Source of the DNA: Takakia lepidozioides
Lineage: Eukaryota > Plantae > Bryophyta
Assembly (NCBI GenBank): GCA_030704615.1
Contig: CM060731.1
Coordinates: forward strand, 53,382,001 to 53,446,000
Direction: 5' to 3'
DNA length: 64,000 nucleotides
Positions 11,501 to 22,220 of this stretch are shown piece by piece. The translations under genes and the position numbers were made by a program. The first letter of the stretch is position 1; the number at the start of each line of letters is the position of its first letter. The notes beneath the pieces were generated by a model that saw only the letters and a program-made list of their open reading frames with translations, had not been told where the DNA came from and did not search any database.

Positions 11501-12222
11501 ATGCAGAGGACGTTGTTAAGAACAGGAAGAAGCGGGAGCGGCGATGTCTCGGTAGAGCAACCTGACGGTAGAGATGTGAAAGAGAATGTGGAGAAGTCGA
11601 CAGGTTGGGCACTGTCAGCTCAGGAAGAGACCATTCAGAGAGAGCTTGAGCGTGAAAGAAACAGGGCACAACCAAAGGAGCTGATGGCCATCTAAGTCTT
11701 TGATTTGGCAGCTTGCAGCTGCCTCATTGCAACATTGTTTATCCCTGAACAACCAGCCATATCTCTTCCCACCTCTTATATAGACATCAGAACTGTACAA
11801 TGGATGAGGGATGGACTCAAGAAGGGGTGCTCCACACATGGGAGGGAGCTGCTGGTCCTCTGCAGATATGCATCACCAGCCTAGCAGCAGTGGGAGCAAC
11901 AAGCAAGAGACTGACAAAGACATGCAAGCTAAGAATTGAAGGTGGGAGTTAGGAGCATGCTGCGTGCAGCATTTGCAGACTCAGGCAGCAGCTGAGAAGG
12001 AAGAGGCTCAAACCAATGTTGAGGGAGGCCCATCGAAGCAGTTTCAGGCACCTCAAGCACCAAGTCCTTCGTCACCAAGGGATTTTCCTTCTCTTTCTGT
12101 GCTTGAAGAAGTGAATGAGTCGGGTCAGCCCTTTCTAGCAGGGCAAGCATGCTTGGTGGGGAGTCTAGACGCGTCCAGGGAACTCGTCCAGGGTTGGTAC
12201 TAGTTTGTGCATGAACGTTTGG

Positions 12223-12310
12223 ATTGCTTTGCCAAAAGATAGCCTCCCCGGCCTTACTGTGAGCCGCTTTCAACTGTCCGTTATACCATTGTCCTTTTGC
12301 ACTCAGCGTT
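12223..12310 (-). pseudogene. Short fragment resembling the DUF1771 region of Smr-domain (CID7-like) proteins
   Basis: LSAKGQWYNGQLKAAHSKAGEAIFWQSN resembles the LSxKGQxHNxxMKAAHxKAxEAIYxQRN pattern as recalled; not searched. Confidence 0.4.
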
Positions 12311-12855
12311 CTCATTAAGTGAGGAGACGTCGTCTTCCTGGGCCGCCCATAGTTTTGGAGCTATCATGGTGTCTGCACGAGAACGATCTGTGTTGCTCAA
12401 GTTGAGCTGACAGGATTGCGGGAGACTGGCGGGCTGCGTTCGCCACAGAGACGACGGCTGCCAGGTGAATATGAACAATACCTAAGAGCCGCTGGTACCA
12501 ATTTAGAACTTTGGGCACATATACAGGAACAGGTAACCAGGGAACAGGGAACCAAGACAATAGAGTTTTCTTTGTATTTGTTTTGTCTTATTAAAAATAT
12601 TTAAAAAAAAAATGTTATGTTTAAAGGGCCTGGTTGGTCATATCTTTGTCAAATGGGCTCCGTTTGACTCAGTTTTTGAGGGGATAGCTGCAGAAAGGGG
12701 AAATCTACCTATCTAGATCTGGTTTCTGTTTTTTGGACTTTGCTAAAAATCTATGGAATTTTTAGAGTGTGAGTGTGCCATGAAAGATCCACAATCCTGT
12801 TTCTAGAACCTGTTCTGGTCTACATGAGAGATAAATCTGGGGATGTACTCCTTGT

Positions 12856-13605
12856 ATGGCTGGGGGAAATGAGAACGTGATTGAAGGGCAGGTCTCTTCT
12901 CTTAGCCTGTGCACCAAAGGGGACAAGATTTATGTTTCCCAAGGAACTCAGACTGATTTGAGTGGAGAACAGTTGGACGAGTTGATTGCATACTGGGAGT
13001 CAGGCATTAGTAGTGGACAACAAACTGCTGTAGTTGGCGTTGAGGGCCTCAATATCGCCTTGGACAGTCAGAACTTTGTTGGAGCCAGTAGTTCTGCAGC
13101 TGTAGGTGAAACACCAAAGTGGGTGAAAGCTAGGCTTGGAACACAGCCAAAGACAGCCCCGAGGACCAAGGTGTTCAGCCACAAGGCCGTGGTGTACTGG
13201 AGCAGAGGAGCAGGAGCTACACAAGTTTGTGCAATCAGACATGGTTGCAGCCGGATACGCTCTGCACAGGGCAACCACGAGCGGGGGTTCATCAGCAATG
13301 ACATATTTGTTGTGCGTGAAGGAGATGCAGTCATTCGCAATGAGGACACCCACAACCGTCTCAAAGCTTTCGAGTTGAGAGACTATCAGACCCTACCTTT
13401 GTTTTCTTTAGTATTCAGTGAGCGGGAGATAGGGGAGTATTGCTTTGTCTCTACCTGGCAGAAAGAGGAGGAGGGTTGGTTAGAGCGAGCTACTGTAGCT
13501 TGGGACAAGGTGAGTGGCAGGTTTCTGGACATAGATATACCTCCTACACGTTACCATCATGCAGAGCGAGGCACTTTGAGAGAAGTCTGGCAGTTGATAG
13601 CATAG
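12856..13605 (+). CDS. Intact 249-aa hypothetical ORF in the retrotransposon leader, upstream of gag
   Basis: ATG to TAG, uninterrupted, non-repetitive globular-like composition; no recognised motif. Confidence 0.55.
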   Translation: MAGGNENVIEGQVSSLSLCTKGDKIYVSQGTQTDLSGEQLDELIAYWESGISSGQQTAVVGVEGLNIALDSQNFVGASSSAAVGETPKWVKARLGTQPKTAPRTKVFSHKAVVYWSRGAGATQVCAIRHGCSRIRSAQGNHERGFISNDIFVVREGDAVIRNEDTHNRLKAFELRDYQTLPLFSLVFSEREIGEYCFVSTWQKEEEGWLERATVAWDKVSGRFLDIDIPPTRYHHAERGTLREVWQLIA

Positions 13606-14306
13606 ATCAGGATTAGATCTTGCTTGGTTGGGCTTCTATTCTTCCCCTCCATCTCTGTACTATTTTCATTACCATGTACTTGTAGTTGCCAAAGCCTCTC
13701 TTGGTGGAGGCCAGTCAGTCCGGGGTTTTGGGCTGGGCTATTCTGCAGGATCAGCATTGCAGCTGGATTTTGGTGTGGGGGTGTTGATGTTTTGATTTCT
13801 TGTGTTTGGATCCCCCCCAACACCTGCATGCTTGACTGTGCGCCATGTTGGTTTTGTGTGGGCGCTTGCTTTCATAGGGATTAGGCCGGATTTGATCACC
13901 GGTCAATCCTAGAGTATGCTGTCGGTGGTGAGGCTGGAGTGATGACCAGCAAGACCACCAGTGTTTCTTCTATGGTGAGGCTGGGTTGATGACCAGCCAA
14001 CCATAGGAGTTCTTGCGGTGGATGCAGGTGCAGGTGCCCTGAGCCATTGGGATATGACCCTTAAACTGCAACAGGTGCCCACCCGTGTCACTATTAGATT
14101 AGTACTAGAGCCTTATAGTGTCACGTGGAGGAGGTGCACATTGTGAGTGTCATTACGGAGTTACCCAAGGGTTTTGAGGGGAGTACGGCTACAGGCAGTA
14201 ACAGTGAGAGTGGGTTCACAAGACGAGGTATTCGGTTCAGACCACCTTCACCGCCACCCTCAATTCTGTAGAGTCAGACACAGACTCAGAGGCTTCATCA
14301 ACAGGT

Positions 14307-16345
14307 GTGCACTTTCATTCGCCATTGTTGTGGGACGACATGGAGGAGATGTATGGAGCTACCAAGGGGCCTCGTAGGTACTCTGGAGCTGTGGGCACAA
14401 TTGAGTTGGATGACTTTATCCAGGAGTTTGACAGCTGGTGTGATTTGCAGCAGATGCGCAATCCACAGCTATTCACCCCATTCATGGCGTGGAAGGGACT
14501 GTTCCAGCATTTGGAAGGCCCGCCTATGGACGATTACCACGAGTTCAGGCGAGGACATGAAGCAGAGATTGAGGAGTGGAGATGTATTGGTCACCTGACT
14601 ACGTCTCCATTACTCGAGGCACGACGCGACCAGTAGCTGCATCAGTACCAATAGCTCCCACTGCCAGCACTAGTAGTGGAGCAAGTAGTGCTGGTACTTC
14701 TGCAGGTGGTACCAGTTCAAAAGGTGCTACTACTCCTCCTGCCACGACTACAACACATGTGCCTAGATTCAACCCGGTGGTGGAGTTCTTCCAGGAGTTG
14801 CGGAGGAACTACCAAGGTGTACGGACAGAGAAGCTGCGAAGTTTGCAAGACTTCCAGCGCAAACCCAGTGAGAGCCTGCGAGAGGCGTACACTCGTATGA
14901 GGCGCTTGATAAGTGTGACCCAAGGGGTTACTGAAGCTCAGGCAATCCAGTTTTGGTATGGAATTCTGGACAAGGAGCTCAAGAGAAGGGTGCGAGATGC
15001 AACCCTGTTACAAGCAGCCCAACCCACATTAGCAGATGTGTTTCTGCTGGCTGAGCGGATTGAGCTCAACATGGTGGAGGAGCGAGTTGTTACAATTGGA
15101 TTTGGCAAGGACATGCCTGTACGGGGCACAGCTGTCAGCCCACAGGCACAAGGGACTGCCCAACAGCGTGGTCAGGGGGGCAAGGTTGCCCAGCCCAAGT
15201 TCCATGGAGCTTACAGGGGACCTCAGGTGCAGAGGCCCGTGGCATCTTTTGCAGGCCAACAGCAACCAGGGGTGATATGTTGGACATGTGGAGGACCCCA
15301 TGTCAAAAGAGATTGCCCAGAGAATGGCAGAAGGCCGGCACAAGCACAGCCTGCACAGTTGCAGTGTGGGCATTGTGGCAAGTATGGGCATGGAGATGCC
15401 CAGTGTTATGACTTGCATCCTGAGTTGCGCCCAGGCCAGTTCCAAGGGAACAATGGTGGCCGGGGGCGAGGTGGACCAGCCCAAAGGAGGTGGTCGGGCA
15501 CGAGGTGCAGGCCAAGGGCAAGCTCCACATGGCCAAGGACGCGGAGGTCAGGGTGTTGACCAAGGCATGGCCAATCGGCTTCAGCAGCTAGAGCAGAGGC
15601 TCGCTGCCATGGCTATAGCTCAGGCGGTACCGGCTCCCAGGCGGGATGGTCCACCTCCTGCTCCTGAGGGAGGAGATATGGGAGGCATGGGATTCATGTG
15701 CGGAGCAGCACTACCACTAGAGCAGGTGGAGTCTGCTGCAGCCGTGACTCGAGGAGCAGCACGAGTTCCTGAGCCACGAGGTGCAGAGGTGGAGTTGGAT
15801 CCACAACGTGGGGAGGCAAGCCGTCAAGCGAGGCTGCCTCAGTCATTCACCTTGGCGGAGACAGTGTCAACGCCATCCATGGCACCTAGTTCTCGCCCGA
15901 CTGTTACCGAGGCGGAGGTTTCTATGCCATTGGGGAGAGCTACACGTGCAGCACTGCACCTGCTGCCAAGGCTAGTGCAGCCGGTGTGTTGTTGGGGGCA
16001 GCCACCTCTGTGTGTCAAGCCCCATTGTTCTCGGCAACCATGATTGCAACGCCGGGAGTGAGACCAGCTGCAGTGTTCAGACTAGCAGCAACACTCTGTG
16101 AGAGTGGAGAGGTCACTTCATCTTCTGCGGAGTTAGTGGAAGGTGTAGTGGCAGAGGGATCCTCAGATTTGAGGGTCAAGACTGCCACGGCAGCGCCCTG
16201 GCAAGCTGCAGCTGCCAAATTGACGGAGCTGCCAGCTAGGCCAGCCTTTGAGCGCGCCACGGTGACACCTGGAGTTGTCTTGTTAGACAACCAGGGAGAC
16301 ATTTTCACTTTGAGTGGACCGGCAGGCAAGAAGTACTGGCCACTG
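14307..16345 (+). pseudogene. gag: Retrotransposon Gag with two zinc knuckles and Gag-PR linker (frameshifted)
   Basis: Capsid-like LQDFQRKPSESLREAYTRMRRL..FWYGILD; knuckles CWTCGGPHVKRDC and CGHCGKYGHGDAQC. Frameshifts near 14580, 15490 and 15980. Confidence 0.85.
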
Positions 16346-16645
16346 CGGGTCTTGTTGGACTCATGAGCTCAGCCACTGATGTTGGGCAGAGCTGCTATTG
16401 CAGGTTTGGGCCTCATGGAGGCGGATATGGAGCCTTGTCCTTTCCAGATACAGACATCTCTGGGAGGATCAGAGCAGGCTCGGGGCATGACACGGCATCA
16501 GTTGGCCATTAGACTGCAGCCGGATCATCCTATCGATGGCTCAGTAATGCGAGCCAAGGCCATTGTGACAGACGCAGTCTCTTACGATGTCCTCGTTGGT
16601 GGGGCAGTGTTATACCCCATGGGCTTCACCCTGGACTTTTGGGAG
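16346..16645 (+). pseudogene. Retroviral-type aspartic protease
   Basis: RVLLDS*AQPLMLG, where TGA at 16364 replaces the Gly of DSG, through to YDVLVGGAVLYPMGFTLDF. Confidence 0.85.
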
Positions 16646-17068
16646 GAGTCAGCATCCTACAGGCCTGGATGGCAGTCAGGCGATGGTCGCCGTGCACAGC
16701 TCCCTGTGACATTCATTGGGGGTATAGCGGCTGCCCAGCGGGGCAAGATGCCAACACTAGCCGCCTTTACAGCTGCAGTTAGTTGGCCTGGAGAGTTGCT
16801 GGAAGGCAATGCCCATGCAGAGGATGTGCCACCTCCAGCAGAGCAGGATGACATGCATGGTATGGCGGAGTTGCCTGCCATGGTTGCTCACACTCCATTG
16901 TGGGGTACGAGCAAGGATTTGCAGCAGGTTGCTGATCGACGGGTGCAACAAGCCTGGGTAGAGGCTTTTGTTCCGTCAGGAGAGGAGGAGAGTGCGGGTA
17001 TTGCACCAGGACCACCTCAGTTGTCACCATTGGATACCACACCTATTGTGTGGCAGTATCCGGATGAA

Positions 17069-18020
17069 GGCATTTGCCTTCTGGACTTGTTTGGCGGGAT
17101 CAGCACCGGATTGGCTGCTGTGCTACAGGCAGGTGTACGAGTTCGACGTTACCTGTATGTGGAGAAGGATGAGACTGCACGACGCGTCTCACTGCGCCAT
17201 GTTGCTCGGATGCTGCAGCAGTACCCTGAGTTGTTGCCGGTGTCTGCAGTTCGTGGATATCAGCAGGCCTTGCCAGCAGACATTGCGTTGCTGGGGGCAC
17301 AGGATTTGGAGCGGGTTGGCTCCATTGATCTGGTAGTGGCAGGTTGGCCCTGCCAAGGGCATTCATCAGCCGGGCATGGCAATGGATTGCTAGACTCGAG
17401 GACGGGTTGTTTTGGGAGATGGTGCGGATTTTGCGCCACTTGCAGCTTCATCAAGCTGTATCTCCGGCATACATCTTGGAGAATGTGCCACTGATGGGTG
17501 ATTCTCGGGCCAGGGTGATGGCCAGTGTGCATCAAGTCTGGTCGTGGCTTGGGTCAGCAGTGTTGCTGGATGCAGCTGCAGTGGGGTCACGGGCTCATCG
17601 TCCACGACTATGGTGGACTAACTTGATGCCACCCGCACTGCTCAAGCGTGCATTTGATGGGGTGCAGCGGCCAGCACACCTCACCGTGGATGGCATTTTG
17701 GACACAGGAAGGCAGTCTCAACGTGTGAGACACGATGACCGTTCGCCTTTGGCAGTGGTCAACAGGGTGGGTCAACCACGAGCAGCATTACCTACACTGC
17801 TCAGCTTCCCAGGATCCCATGCTTTTCGGGATGGTGGACCTGGCCTCCTGTGGGATGCTCAGTTGCAACAGTTAGTGGAGCCTAATGCCGACAAGCGAGA
17901 GCGGGCTATGGGGTTTTCCACTGGGACCACGGCGGTGCCTTCTCTTTCTGAGGCATCACGTCGTCAGGTGTTGGGGCAAGCAATGGATCTCAATTGCTTG
18001 ACCTGGATTATCAGCTTGGC
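17069..18020 (+). pseudogene. C5 cytosine DNA methyltransferase domain (DNMT3-like) within Pol
   Basis: Motif I LDLFGGISTG, II YVEKD, IV DLVVAGWPCQ (Cys codon 17351), VI YILENV (17479), VIII AHRPRLWWTNL, IX RERAMGF, X RRQVLGQAM. One frameshift near 17405. Confidence 0.93.
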
Positions 18021-18432
18021 TATGGCTGAGCAACGTAGAGTGCGGAGCGCACTTCCCTTGACGGTCTCTCTGCCTACCGAGACGGTACAGGCAGCGAGTG
18101 GGGGCGAGCCGGTGAGGACCACGGGGTGTAGACATCCATGGCACACGTGGGAGGTGCTCGAGGTCCAGAGGGAGTTGGCAGCCAAGGCAGCTGTGATGGA
18201 TGAGGTTGGGGATTCTTCTCGGGTTGAGGAGGTTCTCAATGATGAGATGATGGGGCAGGATGAGGCCTTGTCATTGACTGAGCAGGAAGGGAGTACTGCT
18301 CAAGAGGTTGCAGCATAGCAACCACGGGACGCGTCCTCTACCTCTAAGCCCACTGGACTTAAGGTTGCAGTTACGGAGGACAATTGGGAGCCTGACATTG
18401 GACCCATTGTCACCGGAGGAGAGAGACGACGT

Positions 18433-19430
18433 ATGCGGCGGTTCCTGAGGGCTTACAGGAATTGCTTTGCCTTCAGTTTGAAGGACTTGGGAGCACTGAA
18501 GGGTCAAGAGATTCGCATTGAATTGGCTACTGACACGCCAATCTTTCGGAGACCCTATAGATACAGTGACATGGAGAGGTCCTTGATTCAGATGAGAACT
18601 CAGGATCTTGGGAGGCAGGTTTGGTGGAGCTCTCTGGTGGAGAGTATGCTTCAGCCACAGTGATGCCAGCCAAGAAGGATGTCTATGGCAATTGGACGGA
18701 GAGACGTATGTGCGGTGATTACCGGCCTGTAAATCGTCAGACCAAGTCCGATAGGTATGCCATGCCGACACCAGAGGAGATCTTTGATGCCATTGGGCAT
18801 TCCAAGGTCTTTAGCACGTTGGATTTACGATCCGGATATCACCAGTTGCCGATCAAGGAGGCGGATAAGCAAAAGACGGCATTCTGGGGGATCAATGAGC
18901 ACGGGAAGGATTGCCTATACCAGTGGCGGTTCTTACCATTTGGGCTTAAAAACGCTCCCGCTGAGTTTCAAAGAGTCATGGACAGGATTCTAGCAGGGGT
19001 GGAGTTTGCTCGGTGCTACATAGATGACATCATCATCTTTAGTGCTACGGTGGAGGAGCATGAGAGACACCTTCAGGGGTATTTGAGCGCTTGAGGACGC
19101 ACGGATTGAAGTTACATCCGGGCAAGTGCAAGTTTTTCCACAACCAGATTGAGTATCTGGGTCACATGATATATCCTGGAGGATTGGGGGTACAGCAGAC
19201 TAAGGTAGAGTCCATTGCACAGGTTCCACGCCCCACGGATGTGAGCCGAGTTCGAGCTTTCATGGGGTTAGCAAACTATTATAGACGGTTTGTTAAGGGA
19301 TTTAGTGCCATTGCAAAGGCTCTAACCAAGCTGACCAAGGTGGACCAGGAGTGGCAGTGGGAAGATGAGCAAGAACAAGCTTTTCAAGAGCTCAAGGCGA
19401 GGTTGACCTCGGCGCCCATCTTGAGACGAC
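18433..19430 (+). pseudogene. pol: Reverse transcriptase (Ty3/Gypsy type)
   Basis: RMCGDYRPVN, FSTLDLRSGYHQ, LPFGLKNAP, YIDDI, IEYLGH, FMGLANYYRRF. Frameshifts near 18620 and 19085. Confidence 0.95.
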
Positions 19431-19439
19431 CTATCAGGG

Positions 19440-19815
19440 GCGTCCTTTTCAGCTGCATACAGATTGGAGCATGCTGGGGCTTGGAGCGGTGCTCACACAG
19501 GTGGATGATGAGGGGAGAGAGTTCGTAGTGGCTTATGCTAGCCGCTCGAACAATGCTGCAGAGTCTAAGTATAGCTCATATGAGGGAGAATGCTTAGCTG
19601 CAGTGTGGGCCGTGGCACACTTCAGGTGCTATCTATACGGCAATCTCTTCACCCTTGTCACGGATCACCAACCACTCAAGTGGTTGATGGAGTCAGACAA
19701 GCTTACGGGGAAGCTTGCACGGTGGGCACTCATCCTTCAAGAGTATGACTTTCAGGTGGTGCATCGACCGGGTTTGGTCAATCGCAATGCAGATGGGTTG
19801 AGTCGCAATCCATGC
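19440..19815 (+). pseudogene. RNase H
   Basis: HTDWSMLGLGAVL, YSSYEGECLAAVWAV, TDHQPL, NADGLSR. Confidence 0.92.
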
Positions 19816-20024
19816 ACGAGCCAGCAGGATGACACTGGAGCTCGGTGGCATGGTGAGACGGACGAGGAGATGGTGCCCGGATGGCATGCATCTGCATTTC
19901 TGTGTATCTTGGCAGCGGAAGGCCAGGTTGGACCTGCAACAGGGATGACTGTAGATCAAGTGTCTGAGGACCTGAGGCCAGCAATGAGCAAGGTGGCGCC
20001 AAAGATATACATGAGGATTCAGTT

Positions 20025-21260
20025 GTGTTGGACTACCTCCGCACTGGAGACACTGCAGCCACTGTGATTGCCAAGGAGAGGGATCGGATCCTACAACGAG
20101 CCAAGAGGTTCAAGTGGGAGGGGACACACCTGCTCCGAGTGTGGGAGGATGGTCGAGTGAGGATTGTGCCTCACCCAACACAGCGGGCACGGTTAGTGCG
20201 GCATGCCCATGAGGAGTTGGGGCATTTTGGGGTGCGACGCACTCATAGTCTACTGCAGGGGCAGTATTGGTGGCGTGGTATGCACACAGAGGTGCAACAA
20301 TTTGTGGCTAGGTGCATGGTGTGTGACAGGGTGCGTGCTTCATTCAACGCCCCTACTCCACAATTGCACCCTCTTCCGATCATGGGATTGGGCTACAGGT
20401 GGAGTCTTGACTTCGCAGGGCCGTTGCCACTGACCATGCGCCACAACAAGTACGTGTTGGTGATGGTGGAGCACTTCTCCAAGTGGATTGAATTGGTTCC
20501 ATTGCCTGATAAGGCTAGTGAGGGAGCTGCGTATGCATTCCTGGATTGTGTGCTTAGCCGATTCGGTGCTCCAGCTGAAGTACTCACGGACCAAGGGAGA
20601 GAGTTCTTGGGGGAGTTTCAGGCTTTGTGTAACAAGGCCTTGATAGACCACCGCACCACTTCTCGGGATCATCCTGAGGCCGATGGCTTGGCAGAGAGAG
20701 TTGTTCAGACAGTAAAGAGGGGTTTGCGCAAGTATGGCTTGCAGAAGGGACACCTAGGAGATTGGGACCTTCAGTTACCCTGGTTAGCCATGGGCTACAG
20801 GTTCAGCAAGCAAGCATCACTTGCCTTCTTTTCACCATACTTTCTTCTCTTTGGCCGAGAGCCGGATTTGCCTACATCCATTCGCAGAGAAGCTGCTACA
20901 ATTCTTCACCTTGACGATCCGGACGTGTGGGCACGTGCATATGAGCAGCATGCAGAGTTGTTCAAGAGAGTCATGCCCATGGCCTTCGAGAACCTTGCCA
21001 TTGCACAACACCGTGATACGTTGAGGTATGCTACCATACGTGGTGGGGGCTATCGTCCTGGGGTTCGGAGATTCAACCCTGGTGACTATGTCTATCTGCA
21101 GCAGACTGCTCCTACGACCCTGGATGTGACTGCAGGACGTGTTATTTTGAGGGTTCGAGAGGTCTTGCCCTCAGGCGTCTTGGTCTTGGAGGGTCGGGAT
21201 GGCATAACTTGGAAGGACCATGTGCGTAATTGTGCGCCATGTCACCTTCCGAATGTCAAA
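20025..21260 (+). CDS. DDE integrase with HHCC zinc-binding domain
   Basis: HEELGHFG...CMVC, WSLDFAGP, TDQGREF, DGLAERVVQ, SPYFLLFG. Confidence 0.92.
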
Positions 21261-21288
21261 CCTGGCAGTGGTATCTGCAGGTTTGAGG

Positions 21289-21432
21289 TGCATGTTGTGT
21301 GGGTCTGCTAAAGGGGCAGCCACCATGCTGGTGTGCGATCGATGCTCTAGAGGTTGGCATATGGGATGCTTGACTCCACCTCTTGAGATGGTTCCAGATG
21401 AGGATTGGTTATGTCCACATTGCATTGGATAG
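21289..21432 (+). CDS. PHD finger (C4HC3) at the integrase C-terminus
   Basis: CMLCGSAKGAATMLVCDRCSRGWHMGCLTPPLEMVPDEDWLCPHC; offset from INT by a frameshift near 21258. Confidence 0.9.
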   Translation, partial: CMLCGSAKGAATMLVCDRCSRGWHMGCLTPPLEMVPDEDWLCPHCIG

Positions 21433-21681
21433 TGGGAGTGGATACAACCAAGGAAGGCTAACAAGAAACGCAAGGCCTAGCTACTAGGAGACCTTGAACA
21501 CACGAGATCCTGGCTCAAGTTCATAGATTGCAAGACAGCGACGAACGATGGGGCTACTCTTGTACCCGGCCCCTTGGTCTATAGAATTTGAGTACAATAG
21601 GGACAGTGATAGAGGACTTAGTACGGCTGTGGCTATTACATCTTGTAGCTATCTGGAGGTAGATGGACCTATCTACCAGCT

Positions 21682-21691
21682 AGGGGGGCGA
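21682..21691 (+). promoter_or_regulatory. Polypurine tract
   Basis: aggggggcga lies directly before the TG of repeat B1. Confidence 0.8.
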
Positions 21692-21692
21692 T

Positions 21693-21777
21693 TGTGGCAG
21701 ACTACTTTATTGTGCATATATGTGTGGTGTGGTTTGGACAGCGATGTAGTTGTGTAGCGATATGTATGCGCACGACA
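21693..21777 (+). repeat. Terminal repeat B1 (85 bp)
   Basis: Identical by eye to 22136-22220; bounded by TG...CA. Confidence 0.95.
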
Positions 21778-21779
21778 GC

Positions 21780-22134
21780 TGTCAGGTTAAATAAGCACAG
21801 TGTGAAAACAGCTAGAATAAAACTAGTTATTTGTATTTAACACTTGGATTTAGGTCAAGTGTTAAATCAGGTGTCAAGTTTAGTTTGACACCTGGTCCGT
21901 CTTATCTTCACGAGAACGGCAGTCGCGCAGCTCATCTCTCTCGAGTTGAGCCTGCGCGACCGAGCTCCTTCATGCGTTTAGATTTGAGTGTGCTTATGAT
22001 GGGAGTGTAGGTTGTTGTGGGGTGGAGTCCCCATAGCTTGGGGTGCCCCTGGCTCGACTTCTGTTTTAAAGAGTGATAGCGATGGATTCATGTTGTTTCT
22101 GGTGTGAGCAGTGTGTTTTCTAGTTTTCTTATCA
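21780..22134 (+). repeat. Terminal repeat A2 (355 bp)
   Basis: Copy of 10328-10682. Confidence 0.95.
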
Positions 22135-22135
22135 T

Positions 22136-22220
22136 TGTGGCAGACTACTTTATTGTGCATATATGTGTGGTGTGGTTTGGACAGCGATGTAGTTGTGTAG
22201 CGATATGTATGCGCACGACA
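22136..22220 (+). repeat. Terminal repeat B2 (85 bp)
   Basis: Copy of 21693-21777; followed by the TSD ACCT. Confidence 0.95.

Larger units (their letters stand above)
10328..22220 (+). mobile_element. Ty3/Gypsy LTR retrotransposon carrying a DNA methyltransferase and a PHD finger, with split direct repeats (A...B-A-B)
   Basis: Starts TG and ends CA; ACCT duplicated at 10324-10327 and 22221-22224. Domain order is gag-PR-DNMT-RT-RH-INT-PHD. Confidence 0.95.

Noticed and set aside
17069-18020. Bacterial restriction-modification methyltransferase or contamination
   Set aside because: The domain is in frame with retroviral PR and RT, inside TSD-bounded repeats, next to a spliced plant gene.
10328-22220. 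DIRS/PAT/Ngaro classification based on the split repeats
   Set aside because: It has an aspartic protease, an HHCC-DDE integrase, TG..CA ends and a TSD; no tyrosine recombinase motif was seen.
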